DNA of 64,000 nucleotides from the human T2T-CHM13v2.0 reference genome, Homo sapiens: assembly GCF_009914755.1 (NCBI RefSeq), contig NC_060930.1; one strand, written 5' to 3'. The number at the start of each line of letters is the position of its first letter. Within the stretch, counting starts at the first letter, position 1. This document shows, piece by piece, positions 15,151 through 56,024 of the stretch. The notes under the pieces are model-generated. The model did no database searches. It worked only from the letters and a program-made list of their open reading frames with translations, and was not told the origin of the DNA. A program made the position numbers and the translations under genes.

Positions 15151-15727
15151 TGACCAAGAGTTTGGTGGAGCAAAGCGACTGGAATATAACAATGGAAGGG
15201 AATACCTTGGTCAGAAGAAACAACTCTTAAGACTCAGTGTAGTGCTGTTTGTCTAGAAGAGATACAGATAACAAGGCTGCTCTTTAGATAACTGTAAGGA
15301 CAAAAGGAGAGGGAGATTATTGTTAAGGTGAACTACAGGCTGTCTAGTCAAGTGGACGTAAGTAAATAGTTGAAGACCAAGTGCAGAGAGGCAAAACTAG
15401 ACTGTATCTACTAAGAAATGTGCTAAAATACTCCAACAGGGATTTCTGGTACATTTGTCATTTCCTACTCAGGAAGAAGAAAATGGGTTATGAACACTGC
15501 TATTCCAAAACTTATTACCTGTAGAGGGAGAATTGGTTGATTAAGTGAAAGCAATGTGGATTATGGGGGAAAGTAGCCCAGCCCTACCATCTTAATTCTT
15601 AGAAGCCAGATCAAGGAATAGTGCTAGCGTTTCCTAAAATACCATTAAGGAAACCAGAGTACAATGTACTTAGAGAAAGATGCCATCGACTCGTGGCCTA
15701 AAATACTCATAAAAGTTAAAAGCATAG

Positions 15728-15991
<264 letters not shown>

Positions 15992-16262
15992 TAAATGTGT
16001 ATTAAAATCATCCAAGGAGCTTTACAAACTATAAGAATTTCCCAGTTAGTTCTGGTGCACACCTCCTGTGGCAAGCCACTGATTTGAAAGGATAAGTATT
16101 TGTCTCTGGTGGCTTTCTAGTTGCTGGTCCCAAAGGTAAGTGAGGCTTGTCTGCATTTTCTTCTCACCAGTGCTTTAAGATACGCTTTAAGTGCTTGCCT
16201 CAAATTCCCATTGAGAACTTGATTGAGGAGGTCGTGCTGTTACTAAGCCTTGAGAAATTAAA

Positions 16263-16460
16263 GTACAAGCGGAGTATCTCTTATCTGAAATGCTTCAGAC
16301 CAGAGGTGTTTCAGATTTTTTTGTATTTTAGAGTGTTTGTATTCATACTGTTGAGCATTCCAAATCTGAAATCTGAAATGCTCCAAGGAGCATTTCTTTT
16401 GTGTGTCGTATCGGTGCTCAAAATGTTTCAAATGTTCAGATTTGAGATGCTCAACCTATA
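16263..16460. mobile_element. Tigger4a/MER46-like MITE
   Basis: gagtatctcttatctgaaatgc...gatgctcaacct termini. Confidence 0.7.
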
Positions 16461-16573
16461 TTAAACTAGTCATAGGTTAGAGACTGGCAAATGTCCTGAT
16501 TTTCAAAGGGAAAAAGTAGATTCTGCAAATTATAAAGTAGTTCTTGGTAGTTCTTGATAAGACTCTAAGATGA

Positions 16574-16985
<412 letters not shown>

Positions 16986-17774
16986 GTTTAATATTTTTAA
17001 TGGGATTCTGGACAAGCTAATGTGTAGAATGCAGATAGACCATGAATTCTCAAAGTGTGTTTGATAACTTTGTTTTCATAGAATAGATTATGTGGTCATT
17101 TAAATTTAGAAAACAGTTTAAGCAGGTCTCCTCACAGGACTTCTTGGAGTCTTTAATAGGCTAATGTGCAGAACACAGCATTACTGTAGAATTTGGCCAT
17201 ATCCTCTCTCTCCTGGTAGAGAGAGAAATGCTTCATGATAAATGCTACCCATCAGAAAACATAGTTTCAACTATTGGGGGTGTTTGTGAACTGACCTTTG
17301 ATAGAAGATGCTTTTAAAATTGATTTGAGGTTTTTTTTTTTTTTTACACTTTATTAATAGTTGGGTATATATATGATTTGGAAACTTGAAAATATGTGAC
17401 CAGTGTCTTAGGGAAATGAAGTTTAATAAGGAGAATTTTTCTTTAATCATGATGAAAATAACCATTATGAAAAAATTACAAATACTTTTTATACAAGTGG
17501 GTTATTCTAGAAAAAAAGCAAATTTAGTGATACTAATCTTTTGTAAGGTTATCAAATCCCCTAAATTCCTCATATACAAGTAGCAATTGTGTAAAAATAT
17601 GAAAGTGTATTGAAAGGTTATCTTGAGGCTTTTCCTTCTGTTTATATCTGAACTACTTAACTGCTAGATTAAACCCCCAACTTCCACTCAGTTATCTTTT
17701 ATTTTAGAATTAAACTGCAATAGGCAAACTTTCTACCTAGAAGCATTTTTTTCTTCTAAGGAAATCTGTGCGCC

Positions 17775-18124
<350 letters not shown>

Positions 18125-18823
18125 CTACTTGAGAGGCTGAGGTGGGAGGATCACTTGAGCCCAGGAGTTCAAATCCAGCCTGAGTCACAAAGCAAGACCT
18201 TCGTGTCTTTAAAAAAATTGTCTCTGTAAAAAAAGTTTAAATATTCTATAAGCTAGAAATTATTATTAATTTCCAGTGTTTTTAACCCCTTCAATAACTG
18301 AAAAGTTGTTCGAACCAGTTAGAGAATATATTATTAAATAATCATAATTAGCTTTATACATGGTAACAAGATTTGATAAAAAATAAGTTAGATGAAAATA
18401 AATTAATTCTTATTTTTTGAATAAATGTTTTGAGTGTCTACTTTGTACTAGGTGCTGGTGACAAAACAGCCAAACAGATACCATCCTCCTTCCTGGAGCC
18501 TTCTTATAGTGTAATGGAAAAGACATGTTAATCAGCCACACGAATTAATAATTTCAAGTAAGTATCATAGAGTGTATTAAGAAGTTCATAGAGTATATTA
18601 AGATAAGATAGCTTAATCTGGGGAAGTTAAGGAAGTCTTCCCCAAAGGTGTAACATCTGAACTACTAAACAAAGTCTGGAAGGGGAAGACAGGATAGTGC
18701 TTGTAGGCTGTGCAAAGGCTCTGAGGTACGAAGATGTGTAATTTGTTCTAAATGATAATGGTCTCATTTATTAAGGATGCCAAACATTGGTCTAAGCATT
18801 TTATTTATGTTTTATCTTATTTT

Positions 18824-19420
18824 ATTTTTTTGAGATGGAGTATCACTCTGTTGCCCAGGCTGGAGTGCAGTGGCATGATCTCGGCTCACTACAATCTCCA
18901 CCTCCTGGGTTCAAGCGATTCTCATGCCTCAGCCTCCGAGTAGCTGGAATTACAGGCCTGTGCCACCATGCCCAGCTAATTTTTTTTTTTTTTTTTTTGA
19001 GACAGAATCTCACCCCAGGCTGGAGTGCAGTGGCGTGATCTCAGCTCACTGCAAGCTCCGACTCTCGGGTTCACGCCATTCTCCTGCCTCAGCCTCCCTT
19101 GGACTGTAGCTTGGACTACAGCCGCCCGCCACCAGGCCCAGCTAATTCTTTTTTTGTATTTTTAGTAGAGACAGGGTTTCACGTGTTACTCAGGATGGTC
19201 TCGATCTCCTGACCTCGCGATCCGCCCACCTCGGCCTCCCAAAGTGCTGGGATTACAGGCGTGAGCCACCGCACCTGGCCAGTGCCCACCTAATTGTTGT
19301 ATTTTTCATAGAGACGGGTTTCATCATGTTGGCCAGGCTGGTCTTGAACTCCTAACCTCAAGTGATCACCCGCTCGGCCTCCCAAAGTGCTAGGATTACA
19401 GGCATGAGCCACCACACCTG
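18824..19420 (-). mobile_element. AluS with a nested AluY (~18980-19280) in its central linker
   Basis: Host arms separated by a complete Alu; TSD tgcccagctaatt/tgcccacctaatt. Confidence 0.85.
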
Positions 19421-19833
19421 ACTGGTCTAAGCATTTTAAATCAATGAATTCACTTATTCCTCACAACAACATAAGAGATGTACTGTTATGACTCCCAATT
19501 TCCAGGACAAAGAAATCCAAAGAAATAGTTTCCCCAGCAAGGCTGGGTTTTGAATTCGCAACCTTACCTAGAGGCTAGGTTAACCTGTACTAGGTAAAAG
19601 AAAGTGAAAATAAATAAGATGTACCTATTTTTTTAAGAGATGCAATGTAGCATAATCTTGCTTATTACTGAAACTGGTTGTATAGGGGTTTGTTATGTTA
19701 TTTGTTTAATATGTGTAAACATTTTCATAATTTTAAAAATAAAAGTATGTAATACAAGTTCAGAACGAAGTAGAAAGGTAGGCTGGGACCTAATCATGGA
19801 GGCTTTTGAAGCTATGTTCAAGATTTTGGTCAT

Positions 19834-22141
<2,308 letters not shown>

Positions 22142-22194
22142 TCATATTTTAATCTCTGGAATAAAGCTACACTTCATCAAATAAGGAAACGGGT

Positions 22195-22315
22195 TTGCAT
22201 AAGAACCACCTGGGAGGCTTGATAAAATGCAGAGTACTGGGCCCTGTCCTCAGAGTTTCCGATTCAGGGAGTATCCAGTGGGCCTTCAAATTTACATTTC
22301 CAACAAGGTCTCAGG
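22195..22315. mobile_element. MER5-type hAT MITE
   Basis: gcataagaaccacctgggaggcttgataaaatgcag...tttacatttccaacaag. Confidence 0.6.
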
Positions 22316-23540
22316 CAAGACCACAAGGATGTATGTATGGCTTCTTAGTAGTGTTTTCAGCCAGGTGTTTGAAAACCTCTTGATGCAGGTAAGACCAAGA
22401 AAGCAGCAAGCATCAAAGCATCAGCATTCAATGAAACATGTATGAAATTTTTTGATGATATCTACCCAACAGTATTTTATTTGTAATTACAATTAAATGT
22501 GAATAACTTTGAGTCATGTGATCATACCATAAAGCTTTGCTCTTTAAATTATTATAGTCTGGATTTTAATTTCCTTTATAACCTATTTTAACTTTGTATG
22601 CTTTCATATTTTTCCCTATATTCATATACTCTTATATACATCTATATATAGTAATACATGTATAAAGGTGTATTTTTAAATGGTTTTTCTTATAAAAACT
22701 AGGATAATTATAAAAAACATTTTCCAGAATCTTTCTTTTGTCTCAGCATATCTTGTGGAAATCCATGCCATCTGGTATAATTAAAGTTTATTTTATGATG
22801 GACCACAATTTATTTATCTATTCCCTTGCTCTATCAGTGTCAATAGGCTTGTTATGCAACAGCAACAATTCCAAAATCTCAGAACTTACCCTCCCCAGAA
22901 AGCTTCCTTTCTTTGGTCATGCTGCATGCCCCAAAGAGGAAAATAGGGGAGCTCTGCTCATCAGTTACTCACCTATCCAGACTGATGAAGCTCTAGGTTG
23001 ATACAAACTTCCATAGCTACTCGAGGGTGGGACGGGAAACTGGTGAGCAGCACGTTGACTCTTCCAGCTTCTACCCAAAAGTGTCACATCACTTCCATTC
23101 ACACTGCACCGCTCTAAAGTCAGTGGACACTCCTAACTTCGGAAGGAAGAAATCAGTTTACTCTCACCATATTTCCAAAAGGAGAGGAATATTTTGTGAC
23201 TACCACACTAATGGGCATTCACTTGTTTCCAGTTTTTTGCAATTATCATTGTCTAAAATATTTCTCTGATTCTTTATATGCTGGTAGTTTTATTTCTTTG
23301 GAATAGTTTTCCAAGGATTGTAGGATCAAAGGTCATATGTATTTTTAATTTTTGTAGCTATTACCAGCTTCTTTTCCAAAAGGATGTAAGACTAACTTTT
23401 CTATAGCCATTAAAATACAGTTTCTCGTGAATCCCAATCAACAATAAGTATTATAGCTCTTTTAATTTTGCAAGCCTTTTGCATATAAGGCTATCTTTCA
23501 TTATTACTTTGATTTGCATTTCCCTCACCATTAGTTTAAT

Positions 23541-30155
<6,615 letters not shown>

Positions 30156-30199
30156 CTACTTATATAGAGTGTCTTTTTTATTAGAACAAGCTTTTTTCA

Positions 30200-30890
30200 A
30201 CCACTCTTTGGCTTATATTAATAAAGTGACTTTTGTAAAGCCTCTTAGAATGGGAGGGCTGGCTGCCAGAGGAACCAACAATGTCATTAGAGGGTTGGAA
30301 CTTTCAGCCTCCACCCCTGATCTCCAGGTAGGGGAGAAATGCTGGAGGTTACCTTAATCATCAAAGGCCAAATGACTTAATCAATCATGCTTACATAATG
30401 AAGTCTACATAAACATCCTAAATGATGGGGTTCACAGAACTTCTGGGTTGGTGAGTGAATTCACATGTCAGGAAGATGGTATATCTGGCAAGAGCATAGA
30501 AGATCTGAGCCCCTTCTTACACATACCTTGCCCTATGCATATCTTCCATCTGTCTGACCATTCCTGAGTTGTGTCCTTTAAACTAAACTGGTAAACATAA
30601 ACAAATGTTTCCCTGAGTTCTGTGAGCTACTTTTGCAAATTATCAAACCTGAGGCGAGGATCATGATAGATGGTCTGTCAGAAGTGCAGGTGACAACCTG
30701 GGACTTGTGACTGTCATCTGAAATGGTGGCAGTCTTGGGGATTGAGCCCTTAACCAGGGAGGTCTGACACCAGGTAGACAGTGTCAGAATTGAATTAAAT
30801 TGTAGGATACCCAGTTGTTGGAATAGTTGGAGAATTACTACATACATTTGGTGTCAGAAGTATTCTGTGAGTGTTATAGGGAAATAGTTT
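30200..30890. mobile_element. MER21-like LTR
   Basis: gattagagggttggaactttcagcc-like and ggtgtcagaagt motifs. Confidence 0.65.
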
Positions 30891-31080
30891 CCCTTTTATA
30901 GGTTTACATGTAGAGAAAAAGTGCACAGATCATGAATGAATGTACAGCTCAATGTATTATTACTAAGATAACCCATCTGTATAATTCATTACCCAGGTTA
31001 AAAAAAATTACCAGTATGTCCAAAGCCTCCCACATGCATTTCTTAATCTACCAAATCCTCACCCTTCTTTTTAGAGATGA

Positions 31081-31842
<762 letters not shown>

Positions 31843-31954
31843 AATGAGGTTTCACTATGTTGCATAGACTGGATTCAATTCAAACTCCTGGACTCAAGTG
31901 ATCCTCCTGCCTCAGCCTCCCAAGTAGCTGGGATCACTGAGCAGGCTTCAATCT

Positions 31955-36410
<4,456 letters not shown>

Positions 36411-36846
36411 GTTTTATATTTAGAGAGCTACTTTTTTCTTGTTCAAATACATATACAAAATTTTCTAGCATTTAACAAGTACAAGATTAGATATGAATGT
36501 ATTCTTTTAAATGATTTATTATTTGTGTACTTTTTCTATACATGGGCATTGATAGTATGCTATTTGTAGACCTCTTGGTAGTTTGCAAAATGCTTTTATT
36601 TTTGCATTATGTTATTTAATCATTACCCTATGGAGGAGGCATTATCATATTTTATAGATGAGTAAACTGAATCTCAGAGAGATTATGTGATTTATCCAGG
36701 TCACAGTCCTCTAGAGACAGGCCTGGATGCAGGTTCCTCACCTTGGTGGCTCCTCACCTTGGTGTCAAGTGCTGTCATTCCTCCTCACACTATTCACTGA
36801 GTAATAGAATAAATTCTAACATAATTCTGCTCCTTTAGAATGGCTT

Positions 36847-37200
36847 TGTATTAGTCCATTCACGCTGCTGATAAAGACATACCCAAGACTGGGCAATTTA
36901 CAAAAGATGAGGTTTAATTGGACTTACAGTTTCACATGGCTGGGGAAGTCTCACAATCATGGCAGAAGGCAAGGAGGAGCAAGTCACCTCCTACATGAAT
37001 GGCAGCAAGGCAAAGAGAGAGCTTGTGCAGGGAGACTCCTGTTTTTCCAAACCATCAGATCTTACGAGACTTATTCACTGTCATGAGAACAGCAGGCGAA
37101 AGACCTGCCTCTCTGATTCAGTTACCTCCCACCTGGTCCGTCCCACACCACGTGGGAATTCAAAATGAGATTTGGGTGGGGAAACAGCCAAACCATATCA
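36847..37200 (-). mobile_element. THE1 (MaLR) solo LTR
   Basis: tgtattagtccattcacgctgctgataaagacatacccaagactggg...cagccaaaccatatca, ~354 bp. Confidence 0.9.
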
Positions 37201-37474
37201 GGTCTTCACTCATTTGCTTTCTTTTCATTTCTACAACCTGTTTAGGTTACACTTGGCTCAGTTTGAAAAAAAATGATCAACTCTCCTCTTTTCTTCAAAT
37301 TACCACACTTGAGCTAAAATAGGACAAAGTAGATGAAATATTATTATTAAAATATTTGACATTTCAATTAAGATACTTGAGGTGATAATCTTTAGTTATA
37401 TGTGCTATTGTTTTCAGTTTACTGTGAATTATAATGCTGCTGGAACAGTTCAAACAGACTAGCTGGGAGTTTAA

Positions 37475-40520
<3,046 letters not shown>

Positions 40521-41111
40521 TTCTTTTTCTTTTATTATTTTTTTTTAAGGGAAGGGATCAGATATTGAGGATGGGGGGTTCTTGCTAAACTGACTTGGCA
40601 AAGTTCTTGATAAAACTGGATTTCATAAGGAAGGACACAGATGGACCTAGGAGAAGGTTCACAAGCCTAACTAAAGTTTGGTCAAGCAAATACTCTTGGC
40701 CAAAGAAATCAAAACTTGGTAAAGGGGGTGACATAATCAGATTTGGGGGAGAGGGGTAACTCTCTAGGAGTGGTAGAGAGACTGAACTAGAAGGAGCAGA
40801 GGCGATGTCAAGAGTTTGGATAAAATAAGATGATGGTCTGTACTAAGGGATAACAAGAGTTAAGGCATCAACTTGGAAATGCCTTATGATATAGAATGAA
40901 CTGGATTTGGTGACTCCAAAACTAGAGTCGAGGAAGGGAAGGAGTCCTCGGTGACTTAAAACCCAGAAACCAGTGTCTGGTAATACTATACATAGTCATA
41001 ATAGGTCTGTGGCAAGGGGATTATCTGAGGCAGTGAGGAAGAAAAATATAATGAGTTTCTGTGATAGACCTGTGGGTGTTTAGCCTGCCTCACTTAAAAG
41101 TTGGTGACATA

Positions 41112-41991
<880 letters not shown>

Positions 41992-42261
41992 GGAGTTGGT
42001 GACATAGATGCAGTTGAAGCTGTCAAAGCGGATGTCAGCCAGGGAAGGTGTAGAGACCCTCACACGCCTGTGTTATCTATTCCCACAAAAAAGGAGAAAT
42101 GAAACCACAAAATTTTGCATATGATTTCAGGGGGATTTGTGGAGTTCCTATCTATGATAAAGGATCCGTGGATCTCAGTTAGAAATTTCTGGGATGGCAC
42201 AAGAAGATCCAGGGAAGGGTCTTACAAATATTCAATGAGTGACAGCAAAGCTGAAAAACTT

Positions 42262-42585
42262 AGTCATGTGCCAAATAGTGACACTTGATCAATAACATGG
42301 CATATACAGTGGTCCCATAGATTACAATACCATATTTTTACTGTATTTTTTCTGTTTAGATACACAAATACTTCCCATTGTTACAGTTTTCTACAGTATT
42401 CACTACAGTAATAAGCTGTACATGTTTGTAGTCCAGGAGCAACAGGCTATACCATATAGCCCAGAGAGTAAGTTATACTATCTAGGTTTGTGTAAGTACA
42501 TTCTACGATGTTCACACAAAGACAAACTCATCCAATGATGAATTTCTCGGAATGTATCCCTATGGTTATGTGATGCATGACTGTA
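42262..42585. mobile_element. Tigger3a/MER7-like DNA transposon MITE
   Basis: agtcatgtgc...gcatgactgta termini; ggtcccatagattacaatacc motif. Confidence 0.75.
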
Positions 42586-42664
42586 GAGATACGGAATAAC
42601 TTGTTGAGTTTTTGCAACAAATAAGATGAGTTGTATCCACCATGCTTAACTACAGCACAAGCAA

Positions 42665-44800
<2,136 letters not shown>

Positions 44801-45862
44801 GAAAATTAAAAAAATGTATTGACTTCTATTGGTTTGCCAAATGAAGTTTAGTATTAAATCCAAAATTGAGTCAGAGCAGTGTGAACTGAGACAGCCATCT
44901 TCATCTTCTCCCTCTTTTTTTCAGTTTGTTTTGAAATTTAGTTTTATATACTTAAGACTTACCTTCTGGCAATTTGGAATTAAATTTCTGAGATTGCTGT
45001 AAATTATTTCCTTTCTTTGTTTCTCTTCCTCTTTCTTACTTCCCTATTTTACTCTTAATATTTTATTGTTTTAGTTGAATTCTAAAACATCTTATCAGAA
45101 CTTAGAGTTTTTATTTCTCCACCCACAGAACCATGGAGTCTTTAAGTATCAGAAATTTGTCTCCTCGTCAGAATCTTCTAGATTTCCAGAAGTTTCCAAG
45201 TCGCTACATATAAATGTTGCAGAAAAACGTGTAATTCTCATGTGCAAGTAGGCTTTTTTCAGCGGATACATTTAGCATTATAGTCAATTGTTATTTCGTT
45301 GCCTTAAAAGAAGCTGTTTTCATTGTAAAGGTGATGTGTTTTTACCATATAATTCAAATTTGCATAGGTACTTCATATTTTAAAAGGTGACTCACAGGTA
45401 TGTCACTAATAAAAACAGTAACATTTAAACGACTGAGAAGGTAGGGGCTCTAAATAAAGTAAATGCGTCGGCGAGGGTAGGAGCGGGAAGAGGCAAAGGG
45501 GTGCGAAATTCCCATCCCAAGCCCCCTCCTCCAAAGACCGAATGGCAACTTAGTTGTGCGGGAAGGTTCCCCCCTATGCAGGGCAGCCCAGTCCAAGCCG
45601 GCCCGATCCGGGGCCGAGTGAGCAGTGGTTCTTGCCGCAACCGCCACGCAGCCTCGCTGCCGCCCAAGCGCGGACACCTGGTTCCTGGGTCCCCCGCGCG
45701 GAGCCCCGGACTCCTCGCCCCTTCTCCGAACAACTTTCTCCCTGCTTGAACTGATTCTCGCTGTTGGTAGACTGCACAGTCACAGTATCCAGCCGGACAG
45801 GACCTGCTTTGCCGGGACTGGAAACAACTACCGCGGCAAAAGAGGCCGTTTCGCCATGGGAA

Positions 45863-45885
45863 GAACAAGAACTCCCGGCTTGTCC
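45863..45885. promoter_or_regulatory. Candidate p53 response element GAACAAGaaC-tcc-cGGCTTGTCC
   Basis: Two RRRCWWGYYY-like decamers (8/10 and 9/10) with a 3-bp spacer in the proximal promoter. Confidence 0.55.
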
Positions 45886-46116
45886 AGGGGCAGCCCCTCT
45901 CTGCGCTGCAGGGCGCCTACCCTCGCCCCAGAGGCTCTGCGCCGCGGGCGGGGCGACCCCGGGGGTCGCGCGCCCTCTCCCGGAGCGCGCCCTCCCTCCC
46001 GGAGCGCGCGCCCGACGGCCTGCCGCGGCCCCGGCGCCCCCGCCCCTTCGGGCGCTCCGTAGCCGTGACGTGCACGCCGCAGTGCCGGGGACTCGGCGGG
46101 GCGCCGGCCGGCGGGC

Positions 46117-46301
46117 GGAGACCGACTCGGGATCTGTCCGAGCAGGAAGCCAGCCTCAGCCCGGCCGCTGTCGCCGCCCTGTCCTGGTGCCCGTCCGCGT
46201 CGTCGCCCTCTTCACTGGCCCTCATCACTTCTCACCGCGCCCTCCAGCTTCACCCGTACAGGTAGCCCCGCCGCCGCGCACCTGCCTTCGCTCCCGCACC
46301 G
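46117..46301 (+). other. MYO6: Non-coding exon 1 (5' UTR), most likely MYO6; TSS approximate
   Basis: Strong donor CCG|gtgagt at 46302; no ATG in the exon; identity from the known SENP6-MYO6 tandem order, no MYO6 coding exon in the window. Confidence 0.8.
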
Positions 46302-46974
46302 GTGAGTGTCCCAGAGACCCACTGCGGGGCGTCGGCGCCGGGGTCTCGCGTTCCCTGGCCCGGCCTTGCTCCCGGGCCTCCTCGAGCAGCTCCGGGGCCG
46401 ACGCTTCTGTTCACTGCCCGAGGACGCGGGTGGGAGAAGCAGGTGATGGATGGGTGGGCCCTGGGCAGCAGTGGGGCCGGCGGTGGTTCTCGTTTCCACC
46501 GAAAGACAATCAGTCTCCTTTCATGGGTTCTCATCACCAAGGTCCCTTTGTGTTTCTTCCCTGGCTCCCAGGTAGAAGCAGAGCACTCAGGTGCCTAACT
46601 CGGACTTGGACACTCCGTGATAGTTTTATTTTCTCTTTTGTAAACACGCTTAAAATTCAGTGCAGGAGGAGCGCAGTTTGCTCTGAGATGTGAAGATCAA
46701 ATGATACCATTAATAGTCTAATCATGTAGGAGACCAGATCGAGACTTTCTAAAGCCTTATTCTTAGTCTCCAGGTGGTCCAGTACCTTGAGTATGTTAAT
46801 TTACGGATATGCTACTGAACAAGAACTTTTTTTGTTAATTTCCAAAAACTCCCTAAAACGATTAAAATGCTTAAACTCTGGGATTTTAATTTTAAGTAGG
46901 ACACAATTTGATGGGGTTATTGCTAGAACATCCGTGTTTAAAAGTATTTCCATACAGTTTAAAAAATTCATTAC

Positions 46975-53512
<6,538 letters not shown>

Positions 53513-53746
53513 ATAGCAGCTATTGTTTATTGAGCTTTTACTACCATGTCAGATATTATGCCAAGTGAGTATTTTTGTATACATTAGCTCAATCACTGTG
53601 TCACCTCAGTGGTGCTGGTGTTATGACCTTCATTTTACAGATTAGGAAACTGAGGGGCAGAGATGTTAAATTTGCTCAAGCTTATTTGGTGGTGCTGGAA
53701 TTTGGGTCTCTGCTAGTACTAAGCAGGTAGTAGATACTAATGTGGA

Positions 53747-54290
53747 AAGAGTACTTATGTGTGTTGTGTGTGTATATATATATATATATATACACACATA
53801 TATATACACACCATATATAGTGTGTATATATGTGTATATATGTATACACACATATATAGTGTGTATATATGTATACACACATATATAGTGTGTATATATG
53901 TGTATATATGTATACACACATATATAGTGTGTATATATATGTATACGCAATATGTATTGTGTATATATGTGTATATATGTATATACAAGAGTACTTATGT
54001 GTGTTGTGTGTGTGTATGTATATACACACATATATACACACATATATTGTGTATATATGTATATAGACATATATACATATACATATATAGACATACATAC
54101 ATATGTGTGTGTATATATGTATATAGACATATACACAATATATGTGTGTGTATGTATACACACACATATACATATAGAACATATATACATATACATATAG
54201 AACATCAGAAGTCTGTGTGTGTGTGTGTATATATATGTATACACATATATATACACACACACACATAGAGACAGACTTCTGATGTTCTGC
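53747..54290. repeat. Complex (TA/TG/CA)n low-complexity repeat with internal direct and inverted duplications
   Basis: ~540 bp of alternating purine-pyrimidine sequence. Confidence 0.92.
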
Positions 54291-54758
54291 TAGGATGTGT
54301 GACACATCACAGAGGTGGGCGACCTTGGTGTGGGAGTGATGGGTGTGGGGAGTCAGGATAGCTTGTTGGGTGAGGGGTGGGAATTGGGGTTGGAAGGAGA
54401 TGGGAGGGTATTACTTGCCTAACTACTTGGTCGTCAGGCTTAATCCTCTCTCTGACAGCCCTGGGGTTCCAGAGTTGCGTTTAAGCACAGTGCTTTCTTG
54501 TCCAGCTCCTGGGTAAGAGGATAGGCAGACCTGAGGCAATCCTGGTTTTGTCACTCATTAACTTGGTCAAATTATTTCATTTCTCTAGGCTTCAGTTTTC
54601 TCATCTATAAAATGGAAGTAACAATATTACCTACCTGGTGTGGTTCTTATGAGGATTGAATTAGATAATAATACATGTAAAACACAGATCACACTGGCTA
54701 GCACATAGTGTACATTCATTATTATTGTTGTTACTGTGTTTTTTTTTGTCATGTTTAA

Positions 54759-56024
<1,266 letters not shown>

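Larger units (their letters stand above)
45460..46500. promoter_or_regulatory. MYO6: CpG island / TATA-less promoter (MYO6)
   Basis: Abrupt GC- and CpG-rich block with GC boxes (GGGCGG/GGGGCG) in an AT-rich background. Confidence 0.92.

Noticed and set aside
40545-40700. Possible ERV1 LTR fragment (MER31-like)
   Set aside because: Too short and diverged to assign without a Dfam search
45764-46693. 309-aa ORF and overlapping ORFs in the CpG island
   Set aside because: Non-ATG start, Pro/Arg/Ala/Gly-rich composition typical of stop-poor GC-rich DNA, crosses the exon 1 donor, no recognisable domain
53666-54305. Long ORFs (up to 207 aa) on both strands
   Set aside because: Translations of (TA/TG/CA)n repeats
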